From Carcharhinus longimanus (Eukaryota), in contig JASCQW010000160.1 of assembly GCA_030264375.1 (NCBI GenBank), forward strand, positions 26,400,204 to 26,464,203: 64,000 nucleotides of DNA, written 5' to 3'. Under the pieces are notes generated by a model. That model searched no databases. It was given only the letters and a program-made list of their open reading frames with translations, and was not told the origin of the DNA. Below, piece after piece: positions 50,463-62,019 of this stretch. The stretch's first letter is position 1; every line of letters starts with the position of its first letter. A program made the position numbers and the translations under genes.

Positions 50463-53400
50463 AGACTTAAACAAAACATATTGGTTGTGAAGTACTCTGG
50501 TATTTGCAGAGGATGTAAAAGGTATTTTGTAAATGTAAATTCTTCCTTTGTTTTAGAATTGTGATTTATTTATATTTTTTGCAACTTAAGATTGTACAAT
50601 TCTGATGAATATACTTCCTCTAAGACCAGTGTAATTTAATCCATGAATGGTTAACATTGATGATCCACTTCGAGTATGCATTTACCAGCTAAAAATTTCA
50701 AGAGTCTCCCTTCCTTACCCAGACCAAAACAACAGGTATGCAGACAGTCCTTGAACAGATTTTCCCAACACCACCCACTCTGATTTTTAAATTTCCTTCA
50801 GGAATTGGTGGTACTTGCAACTGGGAGGGGTCGGTTAGGTTAGGTTACACTAAGGAATTGGGAGAGCATCAGTGAATCTTACAATCCTTTTGGGATCATT
50901 GAGAGAATGCTGCATTGTTGGCAACTGCTGTCTTTCAGATGACGTATTAAGCTACAGCTGTAAAAAATCCCATGGCATTTACTCAAAAGAAGAATAATGG
51001 AGTAAGTCTTAATTGCTGTTACATAACATAAACAAAAGCAGGAGTAAACCATATAGCCTATCATTGCTTGGCCTGCCATTCAATACAAATCATTTTTTAT
51101 TCATTCATGGGACATGGGTGGCACTGGCTGGCCAGCATTTATTGCCCATCCCTAGTTGCCTGAAGGCAGCTGAATCAACTACATTGTTGTGGCTTTACGT
51201 GTAGCTAGACCAGCTAAGGACAGATTTCCTTCTCTAAAGGACATTAGTGAACCCGCTGGGTTTTTCTGACAATCAACAATGGTTTCATAGGCAGCAGTAA
51301 ATTCTTAATTCCAGATTTTTTTGAGTTCAAATTCCACCATCTGTCATGGAGAGATTCAAACCTAGGCTCCCAAAACATTAGTCTAGTTTCTCTTTTAATA
51401 GACAAGCAATAATACCACCAGGCCATCACCTTATGGCTGATCTTCAGCTTGAACTCCACTTTCCCATGATGCCCATATGCCTCAATTTCCAAAGATCAAA
51501 AATCTATCTCAGCCTCAAACATACTCAGCGCTCGGTGCACAATAAATTCCAAATATTCACAACCCTTTGATAGAAGAACTTTATTTTCATCTCACTGCTA
51601 AGTGATTGACCTCTTATCCTGAGACTGTCCTTGTGTTCTCAATTCCCCTGCTTGTGGGGTGGGGGTGGGGCTGGGGGTGGGGGTGGAATCAAACCCTGTA
51701 TCTACCCTGTCAAATTGTTTGGTGGGGTGTTGCTACCCTGGCTATATTAATTACACTGGTCGTGTAAAATGCAATGGGAAGTCGAGGTGTAAAATCTAAA
51801 TTAATTTTCAGGTAACAAGGTTAATTTTGAGCAATGGGAGATGTATATCAAGTGTGATTTCACACAAAGTTTGTAATAAATAAATAAAATGCTTTTGTCC
51901 TTAAACTACTTTTATCATTGAACTTATAGAATTCTTACAATTTGCCAGCACATTATAGATATTCTACATGGCGTTCGACTATTCTGGGGCATTTGTGTGA
52001 AACAATATTTCACTGTTTTCAAACTGAATCATCTATATAAGAACAGAAGTAACAACTGTGGCACTAAGTGAGGTAAAAATCAGACATGCAAAAATCTTCC
52101 AGCATTTGTACAAAATAAATCAAGAAAGCACGTAATCCAGTCTAAACATCTGAACCGACTTTACCCTTTACAAGTTTGAGCCCAGGGACTGGATTTTAAA
52201 CACTGGGTGTGAATTCCGGGTACTAGCCTATGCCCAAGCCGTAACGTTACCGTGACGTTAATGCTTAGATGTAAATGGCTTAAGTGGGTAGAAGGTGAGC
52301 TCGTGCCTAGTTAGAGGCACTGAATGCTTCCAGAAGGCAGGTACAGTCTACCTAGTCATGTTGAGAGTCAATCATGGAATCTTACAGTGCAGGAGGCGGC
52401 CATTCGACCCAGCAGATTTGCACTGACCCAGGCCATAACACCATGCATTTACCCTAGCTAGTCCCCCCGCCACTAAGGAGCAACTGAGCATAGCCAATCC
52501 ATCAAACCTGCACATCTTTGGATTGTGGGAGGAAAACAGAGCACCCAGAGGAAACCCGTGTAGACACAAGGAGAATGTGCAAATTCAACATGGACAGTGA
52601 CCCAAGCCGGGAATCGAATCCGGGTCCCCGACACGATGAGGCAGCAGTGCTAACCAACCTATTACCTAGATTGGAGCAGGGATCCTCAGAAGGCCAAGAG
52701 GCTGAAAGCAGCCACAGACAATAAGATTTGGTGCAACATTCATGCCAACGCTAGTTGGCTCCACCAATTTCAGCTACAAGCAGCTGCAGAGATAATTACA
52801 GGAAGTGGGGATGAGGGGGTGTGTGTGCAGTAATCCCAAATTCATGTGCGCACCACTTTCAGACTCTAAATAATTTTAAAAGTTCCAAACCTGAAGAGAC
52901 ATGCCCATTGAGCTCTTTAATGAGCTGCTGTTAACTGGTGCTCACATNNNNNNNNNNCATTTCACACTCCCTCTCTTACCACAGACTGTCTCAAAAATAC
53001 AAAACTCTCCTAGAGGCATTGGGATTCTGAGATGCCCTTTGGAACCATTATTTTCAAATTATGCCCACAGTGTCCCAACACCACGTTGCTTTTGAATATC
53101 CAGCCCCAAGCCATTCAGAAAAGCATAAAATATTGGTACTTTGTAAAATTGCTATATTTACAATCTCTGTACACAATCATTGCAGTGCTCATAACACAGG
53201 TTACAGCACAAATATTCAGATAATGCATTGACAAATAAGGACTAATCAAGTGCAAATTCATCCTCATGCACATTATAGCTTACTCACACATTGAATCCTG
53301 ATGGAAAAGTATATCCTACCCAATGAAACAATCACACGTACAAAGAACAACAAGAAAGTTATTAAAACTCATTTTCTGAAAACTTTAAGGCTTTCATTCC

Positions 53401-54103
53401 AGATCAGATGTCGGTTCATTTTATCAGAACTTGTCCACTCTTAATATATCCACATTATGTTAACATAATACTCTACACTGATAAGTATTGTGTGTACATC
53501 CTAGAAGTGTGATAACTTAATGTCATTTGGCATTGTGCATGTAGAATACAATAGGACATTTTCAGGTTTTAAAAGAATGCCAACATTCCATATATTTAAT
53601 ATTAACTCAGGTCAATGAACAACCTAAAGAAAATGATGTCAGTGAGCATGGTGTTCTGATTTGAAGAGAAATTGAATTTTGCCTTCTGTTTTTGTATCTA
53701 AAATCAGCGGTGAGCACTTCATGTATAGTATGGGTCAGGTACAGTGTAAATGCTTGTCTCAGCTAATGTACTTTAAACCCAACATCGGGGGGAAAATGTT
53801 GCTCCACTCCTCCTTAGATCATCCATCATTTTACTTGGAGCGGTAATTAAGTGCTAAATTGTGGGCAGTTGCAAAAACTGGACATGGACCTAACAGAAGG
53901 TAATGCAAGACTGCCCAAAACTATTTAAAATAGGACTCTTAGCATTGCTAGAAAGCAGCATCTTCTTACATTACAATGCTGATAGGAATTGGGGGAAAGC
54001 CAAAACACATCTAACAGTAGAAAATCTTCACACTCAGTTTACGATAGTGCTGCAACCTCTCAATTAAATTACTGCCTTTGAGATGCCTAAAAGTGCTTAA
54101 GTA

Positions 54104-54109
54104 TTTATT
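54104..54109 (-). terminator. Candidate polyadenylation signal in the C11orf52 3' UTR
   Basis: AATAAA on the minus strand about 390 nt after the stop codon; AT-rich context, so other signals are possible. Confidence 0.35.
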
Positions 54110-54496
54110 AAATATAAACTGTGTTCAACAGGGAAAATGGTTTGAAGATTTAAAAAAATGTCATGCCATGGTTTAACAAATGTAAACATTCCAAAAGATG
54201 AACTTCTCTAAGTCTTACATGCTGTGTAAAAGGCACATCATAATAAGAAACCTGTTTTAAGAATTTTCATCTAATGATCTATCAGAAAGGTATAGTATTA
54301 TGAGTGTGTCGTAATGGAGGTATTTTAAACTTTTGTCTATTCGTTAGGTCAAATAAACAGCGGCAAAAATATATTAATTTGCTGAAATCTAAAATATTGT
54401 TTTGACAACCAGTTTTGTATATTTCAACTGCTAGATTAATGTCCTTTTAAGAAGATAGAAGAAACATTTTTTCTATACAACTTTAGTCTAGGCTTA

Positions 54497-54733
54497 TTAT
54501 ACCAGAGTCCCATTTTTTCTGTCATATTTGATCACGGGTTTGAAGCTGATAGTTGCATATTCTGTTGCGTTTTCTTTTTGTCGGGCCTTAACTTGCTTGA
54601 GCGTGCGCCGAGATCCATGTTGGATGACCTGAACTTCAGCATAATGGACATCTTCTGGCCTCTTTTTATTCACTACAGCATATACTGGCATGTCAGGAGC
54701 TACTTCATCGTAGGGATGAGAATCTTTGCATAC
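54497..54733 (-). CDS. C11orf52: C11orf52 orthologue, last coding exon (VCKDSHPYDEVAPDMPVYAVVNKKRPEDVHYAEVQVIQHGSRRTLKQVKARQKENATEYATISFKPVIKYDRKNGTLV*)
   Basis: C-terminus matches recalled human C11orf52 (LHYADIQV...ENATEYATLRF...RYDSKNGTLV). Acceptor tatttccacaaag| in phase 0; TAA at 54497-54499; synteny with DIXDC1. Confidence 0.92.
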   Translation of the reverse strand, partial: VCKDSHPYDEVAPDMPVYAVVNKKRPEDVHYAEVQVIQHGSRRTLKQVKARQKENATEYATISFKPVIKYDRKNGTLV

Positions 54734-55579
54734 CTTTGTGGAAATAACAAGTTATGAAAACCATAATCCCGCAAAACTGAAAAACATTTTTATATGTCGC
54801 AATATTATGTTTGATGCATGTTTGAAAAATCGGAAGCACAGAATTTCCCAATTAAAGTATTTCTGGAGAGCAAGGCATTACTACAGAAAAGTAAAAGTGA
54901 AGAAACTATTATATATTTAAGTGGTTGCATGATTGCATTAAGAGCCATTCACATTATTTGATGGTGGTTTCACTGGGGTGCTTCTCAGGCTGCTACCTTG
55001 TTCCATTTTGTACACTGTACAGATGACAGTGTCAGCNNNNNNNNNNCTAATATTATCTGCTATTTATAAACACTCTGTCTTGCCAACACTTCAGTACAAA
55101 ACAGGGGGAGTGACATCTTTGTATGTTCCTCTAATGAGACGTCAAAATAAAGGCTCTTTCTGTCCATTCAGGTGGATTTAATTGATCTGATTTAAGAATA
55201 CGGACATTTCGCAGTGTTCTAACATTCTTACTTTAACCAACACCAATCAATACAAGCACATCAAGTAGTCATTCATCTAATTTACTGCTTGTGGAACCTT
55301 TCTGAACAAAATTGACTGCTGCGTTCATTCAAACATTTCAGAAGATTAATCTACTAGATGTGAAGGATATCACTGATGTGGGTGGCAAAAACAAACTATA
55401 TAAATGCAATTTCTTCCACATTTTGTCTTATTTTTACCCACTTAATTCCTTCAAACCTTCCTTCATGTTTTCCTGTTATGGATAGAGAACTGTGTATTTA
55501 TCCTATTAATATCCTTTTTTCAGTCCAAAATCAGATAGCAATATCATTCAAGTAACCTTGATAAGCACACTAACTTCAG

Positions 55580-56417
55580 AATCCTTAGTGTGGAAGAGGT
55601 CATTTGGCCCATCAGGTCTGCACCAACTCTGACAGAATATCAGGCCCTCTTACCACATCCTATCCCTATTAAACATGGCTAATCCATCTAACCTATTCAT
55701 CTTGGGACACAAAGGGGCAATTTAGCCTGGCCAATCTACCTAACCGGTACATCTTTACCTCTACTTTCTCAGGAAGCTAAGGAAATGTCTGCTACGACTC
55801 TCACTAACTTTTACAGATGCACCATAGAAAGCATCCTTTCCAGATGTATTACAGCTAGGTATGGGTCCTGCTCTGTCCAAGACCACAAGAAACTACAAAG
55901 GATCGCAAATGAAGCCCAGTCCATCACTCAAACCAGCCTCTCCCCATTGACACTGTCTACACTTCCCACTTCCTCAGAAAAGCAGCCAGCATAATCAAAG
56001 ACCCCACACACCCCAGACATACTCTCTTCCATCAGGAAATAGATACAAAAGTCTAAGATCACATATCAAGCAACTCAAGAACAGCTTTTTCCCTGCTACC
56101 ATCAGACTTTTGAATGTACCAACCTTGATCTTTCCCCATACCCTAGCTATAACTGTAAAGCTACATTCTGCAGTCTCTCCTTCTCTACATACGATATGTT
56201 TTGCCTGTATAGCATGCAAGAAACAATACTTTTCACTGTATACACGTGACAATAATAAATCAAAAATCTTTGGACTGTGGGAGAAAACTGGAGCACCTGG
56301 AGGAAACCCACACAGAAATGGGAAGAACATGCAAACACCAGTCACCCAAGGCTGGAATTGAATCTGGGTCCCTGGCACTGAGAGGCAGCAGTGCTAGAAA
56401 TGTGCCACTGTGCCACC
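55580..56417 (-). mobile_element. HE1-like SINE split by a plus-strand Rex1/Babar fragment (55757-56265)
   Basis: SINE halves rejoin at catctt|tggactgtgg; ATCTTT duplicated at 55751-55756 and 56266-56271. Confidence 0.8.
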
Positions 56418-57334
56418 TATAACTCTCCAGGCCAGAAACACCAGTTTTTCAGATTTTTTGAGAAGACACCAGCAACATGTTTCTACAGTAATTAAAACAG
56501 AAAGTACTGGAGAAACACAGCAGGCAGTTCTGAAGAGGTCGTAATGGACTCGAATTATTAACTCTGTTTCTCTCTCCACAGATGCTGCCAGATTGGCTGA
56601 GTTTTCCCAGCAATTTGTTTTTATTACAGATCTCCAGCTTTGGGAGCAGAAACATGGAAGGTGCACCAGTCTGTATGAGTGAATCAATTTTTGTTACAAC
56701 TTTATAATGTTTTATGACTGTTTTAGGTAAATATTGACATGCATAGTTTTCCAGTTCATAAATCTGTGGTTAAGCATTCTAATGTCACTCTATAAATTCA
56801 GAAAATTCTGAAATGACTTTGTCCCAGACATTCTGGATTGGAAAGCTTACACTGTACATATTATTCTCATGGTCATCATAGAATCTCTGCAGTGCAGAAA
56901 GAGGCCATTAGGCCTTCCAAAGTCTGCAGTGATCACAATCCCACCCAGGCCCTATTCCTGTAATTCCACATATTTGCCCTGCTAATCCCCCAGACACTAG
57001 GGTAAATGTAGCATGGCCAGTCAACCTAAACTGCACATCTTTGGACTGTGGGAGGAAACTGGAGCACCCGGAGGAAACCCACGCAAACACAGGGAGAATG
57101 TGCAAACTCCGCATAGACAGTAACCCAAGGCCAGAACTGAACCCAGGTCCCCAGCAGCAGTGCTAACCACTGTGCCGCCGTGCTGCCCTAATTTACGAAT
57201 GCAAGACAAAATTAAAATATTCTTCTTATTAGGACTTGCACCTTTTAACCCCCTGTCTTTTGGCTTTGTTTTGCTCAACTTGGCTCTCTGTACCCTTAAA
57301 CAAAATGAATTTAAAAACTCTTTAAATTGTGCAG

Positions 57335-59120
57335 CACTTTACTTGCATATGTAATTGATTTTTTAAAGAAGTTTTCCACACAATATTTGTTACTTAAATG
57401 ATAATAAGTCTTTGTCCCAAGACCTTCAAATGAATCACAAAAGGTCAGCAAGTACATAAAGCAAATAATTAGGAATTTAAATAGAATGTTGACCTTTATT
57501 GCAAAGGGTGGGATATATAAGAAGGCATGTCTTACTACAGCTGTACAGGGCATTGGTGAGACCTAGAGTATTGTGTGTAGTATTAGTCGCCTTACTTAGA
57601 AAGGCACTCATGAACACTGGAAATGGTTCAAAGATTGACTCTCTGGTTCCTGGAATGAAGGAGTTTGTTTCATGAGGAAAGGTTGAGCCTATACTCGGAG
57701 TTTCTAAGAAAGAGAGGTGATCTTATTGAAACATATACAATTCTGAGGAGGCTTGACTGGGTAAATGCTTAACAGATGTTCCCTGGCGTGGAAACAGCTC
57801 CACAACACTGAAAAAAAAAGGGTCTTTCATTTAAGATGGAGATCATTAGTGTTGGAATTCTCTCTCTCTGAACAGTGGAGGCCGGATCATTGAATATATT
57901 CAAAAGATTGAGATAGACAAATTTCTGATTGACAAGGGAGTTGAGAGCTATGAGGATGGGGGCTGAGTGGTAAACTGAAGTTAAGACCAANNNNNNNNNN
58001 CAGATCAGCCATGAAAATATGGTTTCTCACCAGCTTTAACAGATGCACCATACAAAGCATTCTTTCTGGTTGTATCAGAGTTTGGTTTGGCTCCTGCTCT
58101 GCCCAAGACCGCAAGGATCTACAAAAGGTTGTGAACGTAGCCCAATCTATCATGCAAACCAGTCTCCCATCCACGGATGCTGTCTACACTTCCCACTGCC
58201 TCAGCAAAGCAGCCAGCATAAGTAAGGACCCCACGCATCCCAGGCATTCTTTCTTCCACCTTCTTCTGTCAGGAAGAAGATACAAAAATCTGAGGTTGCG
58301 TACCAACCAACTCGAGAACAACTTCCCTGCTGCTGTCAGACTTTTGAATGGACTTATCCTGCATTAAGTTGATCTTTCTCTACACCCTAGCTATGACTGT
58401 AACACCACATTCTGTGCTCTCTCGTTTCCTTCTCTAAGGATGGTACGTTTTCTTGTATAGCGCGTAAACAATACTTTTCACTGTACGTTAATATATGTGA
58501 CCATAATAAATCAAAAGGCAGAGCAGGCTCAATGGGCTAAATGGCCTATTCCCCCTATTTCTGATAATGTTTCATATAAAACAATTCCATCTAGATTTAA
58601 ATATTTCTAACAACAAAACATTTTGCAGTGTTGTTACTTTTAACAGCATAACTGTGCTCCCTGGTTCCAGATTTCTCCACAACAGGGAACATCCTTTCAA
58701 CATTGAGCCTGTCAAGCCTCCTCAGACTCTCGTATGTTTCAATAAGATTACCTCTCTTCTTAGAAACTCCACCGAGTATAGGCTCAACCTTTTCTCATGG
58801 AACAAACTCCTTCATCCCAGGAATCAGAGAGTGAACTTTTGCTGAACCATTTCCAGTGCTAGCATATGCCTAAGTGAGGTGACTATTACTATACACATAC
58901 TCTAGGTCTCACCAGTGTCCTGTACAGCTGTAGAAAAGCTTTTATGCTCCACCTCTTGCAATTAAGGTCAACATTCCATTTGCATTCATAATTACTTGCT
59001 TTACGTACATACTGATCTTTTGTGATTTATTTTAAGATTCTAAGACAAAGGCATATCATTTAAGTAACAAATATTGTGTGGAAAACTTGCAAAAAATGAT
59101 TACATATGCAAGTAAAATGT
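57335..59120. repeat. Inverted duplication of about 460 bp (57335-57795 versus 58670-59120)
   Basis: tttacttgcatatgtaat...gttttccacacaatatttgttacttaaatgata recurs reverse-complemented together with the adjoining CR1 fragment. Confidence 0.85.
57430..58560 (+). mobile_element. CR1 LINE 3' fragment split by a Rex1/Babar insertion at 58020-58515
   Basis: agaggtgatcttattgaaacata CR1 motif; CR1 tail resumes at about 58516 (gcagagcaggctcaatgggctaaatggcct). Confidence 0.75.
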
Positions 59121-59395
59121 AAAGCTTTTATTTATTAGTCACAAGTAAGACTTACATTAACACTGCAGTGAAGTTATTTGAAATTCCCTTAGTCGCCACA
59201 CTCCGGCGTTTGTTTGGGTCAATGCACCTAACCAGCACATCTTTCAGACTGTGGGAGGAAACTGCAGTGTCTGGACAAAACCCACGCAGACGCGGGGAGA
59301 ATGTGCAAACTCGACACAGACAGTGACCCAAGCCAAGAATCGAACCTGGATCCCTGGCGCCGAGGGGCTGCGGTGCTAACCACTGTGCTGCCCAC
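59120..59395 (-). mobile_element. V-SINE-like subfamily with alternative tail (...tgtaagtcttacttgtgactaataaataaa)
   Basis: Same head and core as HE1-like copies but a different 3' end; copies at about 11424-11680, 31688-31960, 35215-35490, 39005-39290, 60885-61140. Confidence 0.8.
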
Positions 59396-59543
59396 ACTGC
59401 ACAAGTCAAAAGAGTCATTGTTTTCCCAAAGTGCAATGTCTACCTTCACCAACTTTTAATGACTGCAAGCTCGCTCGGTAAAAACGATCATTCAGAATTA
59501 TTTTAAGCTTCCATCTTTAATCTGTTTTGTACATTATTATTAC

Positions 59544-59581
59544 CTGTACACGTTTACCATCTCTTGCCCTGGTTCCAGAAA
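59544..59581 (-). CDS. C11orf52: C11orf52 penultimate coding exon (xSGTRARDGKRVQ, 38 nt)
   Basis: Strong acceptor ttttttgttcttctttgtag| and donor CAG|gtaata; phase 1 in, phase 0 out, joining in frame to the 54733 exon. Confidence 0.75.
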
Positions 59582-61359
59582 CTACAAAGAAGAACAAAAA
59601 ACCAAATTAGTTTCATACCTGAAAGAAATAAGAAATTTTGAAAAATTATTTACACATCTGGCTGAAATCTTTCCCCAGTCAGAAAAGTCTCGGAGTTTGG
59701 CACCAATTCCAGGCCCCGTCCCTGCTTAGGTCAGCAGTATGACTGCTGGCTGAATTTTACAGTTGTCCAATTTGAGATGGGCAGGTTGGTCCTGGAGATT
59801 CGAGATGAGGACAAGGCAGCCCACTGCCAGGGATGGAGGTGGCCTTCCAATGGGAGCCTTGCTGTGCCCAAGCAGAGCATTCCCGAGGGAAGCATTTGAG
59901 TTGCCATCAGCACCAGCAGAGTGGGTTAGACCCGTGAGATCCATGGCAATCAGACATAACCTTACCATGTGGAATTCCTGGAAGTGGATAAGTCAAGGGA
60001 AGAAAGCAGCTGTATCATCTTCAGCATACCTTCCATCTCCCGCGTAGCCATCTCCTTCCACTTAAGATATGAAATTTGGTGCGTGTCCCGCCCAATTCGG
60101 GGACAGTAACTAGCACAATGCTTCACTGAAGTTAGCAGATCAAGGCACAAAATACTGGACATTAAGTTGTGTAATAAAAAATGGCTACATTGACCAAAAA
60201 TAGACTGCCCAATACAAAACCAGACATCTGACCACCCTACTCAAAAGGATTGGTTCCTCTCTTCAATTCCCTAACTCTGGCTTTTTCTGATTTATCATAG
60301 AATCCTACAGTGCAGGAGGCGGCTATTCGGCCCATCAAGTCTGCACAACCATATTCCCACCCAAACTCTATCCCCATAACCCCATGCACTTACCCTAGCT
60401 AATCCCCCTGACACAAAGGGGCAATTTGGCATGGCCAATTTGTTTAACCCACACATCTTTGGATGGGTACAAATCTTTAAACATTTGTAGTTGTTGAAAT
60501 TAGAGAATTATTTGCCAATCAACGCCCCGCCCCCCCAAATGACCTTCTCTCCGAATGGAGACGAATATTGCTCTGTGCTATATTAGGGGATGACAATACT
60601 TGAAAAAAAATGGGTATGAACTCTTACGCGACTGAGAGTGCCACCATATTTTACACTAGAATTTCCAGCCCATATAGACACTGCAATAATGCCAAGATCT
60701 AAATGGATTGGAAATAATGAGAGGATAGTAAAAGGGAGACCAATTACAGAAAAGCTGCAGTGGGAAGTCAACTTTTAAAGCATCAATGCAAGATGCCACA
60801 ACTCATTAGTTATTCTTTAAGAAAGAATAGTTTCACCAAATTTGCCTAATAACTGTTTCAACTCTGATAAACAAATGATCATATTGGGTGTGGTTAGCAC
60901 TGCTGCCTCACAGTGCCAGGGACCCAGGGTTTGATTCCCACCTTGGATCACTGTCTGTGCAGAGTCTGCATGTTCTCCCCTTGTCTGTGTGGATTTCCTC
61001 TCAGTCTGAAAGATGTGCTGGGTAGGTGCTTCTCCCTCAGTGTACCCGAACAGGTGCCAGAGTGTGGCGATTAGGGGGATTTTCACAGTAACTTCATTGC
61101 AGTGTTAATGTAAGCCTACTCGTGACACTAAAACAAACTTCAGACCTTTTACTGCACGAGGGTTTGCTTTAATGTTGCTGTTGCAACACTGTTACATGAC
61201 TGCGGCTGGACACAGCCTTCCAAAACTCAGACATGAAAAGAGGCACTCAAAACAACTGATAGCTATTGGTCAGTCTACAGCTAAATATATTTGACAAATG
61301 ATCAATTTTTAGTGCACCTACCACTGGAACTGGTGCTCATCTTATCAGAATCAACCAAC

Positions 61360-61412
61360 TTCTCTGCCAAAACTCTTTTTTCTTCTTTGCACACTCAACA
61401 CATTTGTTCCAC
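61360..61412 (-). CDS. C11orf52: Candidate C11orf52 exon 2 (WNKCVECAKKKKEFWQR)
   Basis: Trp-Cys-poly-Lys pattern resembles human WSCPSTFQKKKK; phase 2 in and phase 1 out fit the next exon. Splice sites (tttttaaacag|, A|gttggt) are only moderate. Confidence 0.3.
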
Positions 61413-62019
61413 CTGTTTAAAAATCTCCCTTTTTTTCTGATCAGTTAATTTTGTTTGAAAGCTGGAATAGTTGTAATACCCAATTCTAGCCACCTGGTAG
61501 CACTAATGAGGAAGGAAAGAACATGTTAACTTTCCTAATGGGTGTACAGTGACACCAAATGGTCGGGTTTAAACGATGCAACGCGTTTTAAAAGTTGAAG
61601 AAAAACTTGCACTATTATAGATTAGAAGGTCACAGGCCTGAAACGTTAACTGTTTTTCTCTCTCCACCAGACCTGCTGAGCATTTCCAGCATTGTGTGTT
61701 TTTATTTCAGATTTCCAGCATCTGGAGTATTTTAATTTTTCTTAACTTTGGCCAGAATAATCAGAAGAGTTTTCCAGCGCAGTGCAAGTACTGCATTAAG
61801 TGCTCTTCCCACAAGAGAATGGGAGTTTACCTCAGGGCACTGGTCCCCTTATCCAAGGGGAGATATACTGGCATAGGAGGCAGTCCAGCAAAAGGTCACT
61901 AGGTTGATCCCAGATACGTAGGGATTTTCTGATGAGAGATTGAGTAGGTTGGATCTGTACTCATTAGAGTTTAGAAGAATGAAGGACAACCTGATTGAGA
62001 CATACAGGATTATTATTAG

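Noticed and set aside
59582-59640. tttctttcag|gtatga, a recursive-splice-like site 37 nt upstream of the C11orf52 exon acceptor
   Set aside because: A 37-nt residual intron is too short, and use as an alternative acceptor would shift the frame.
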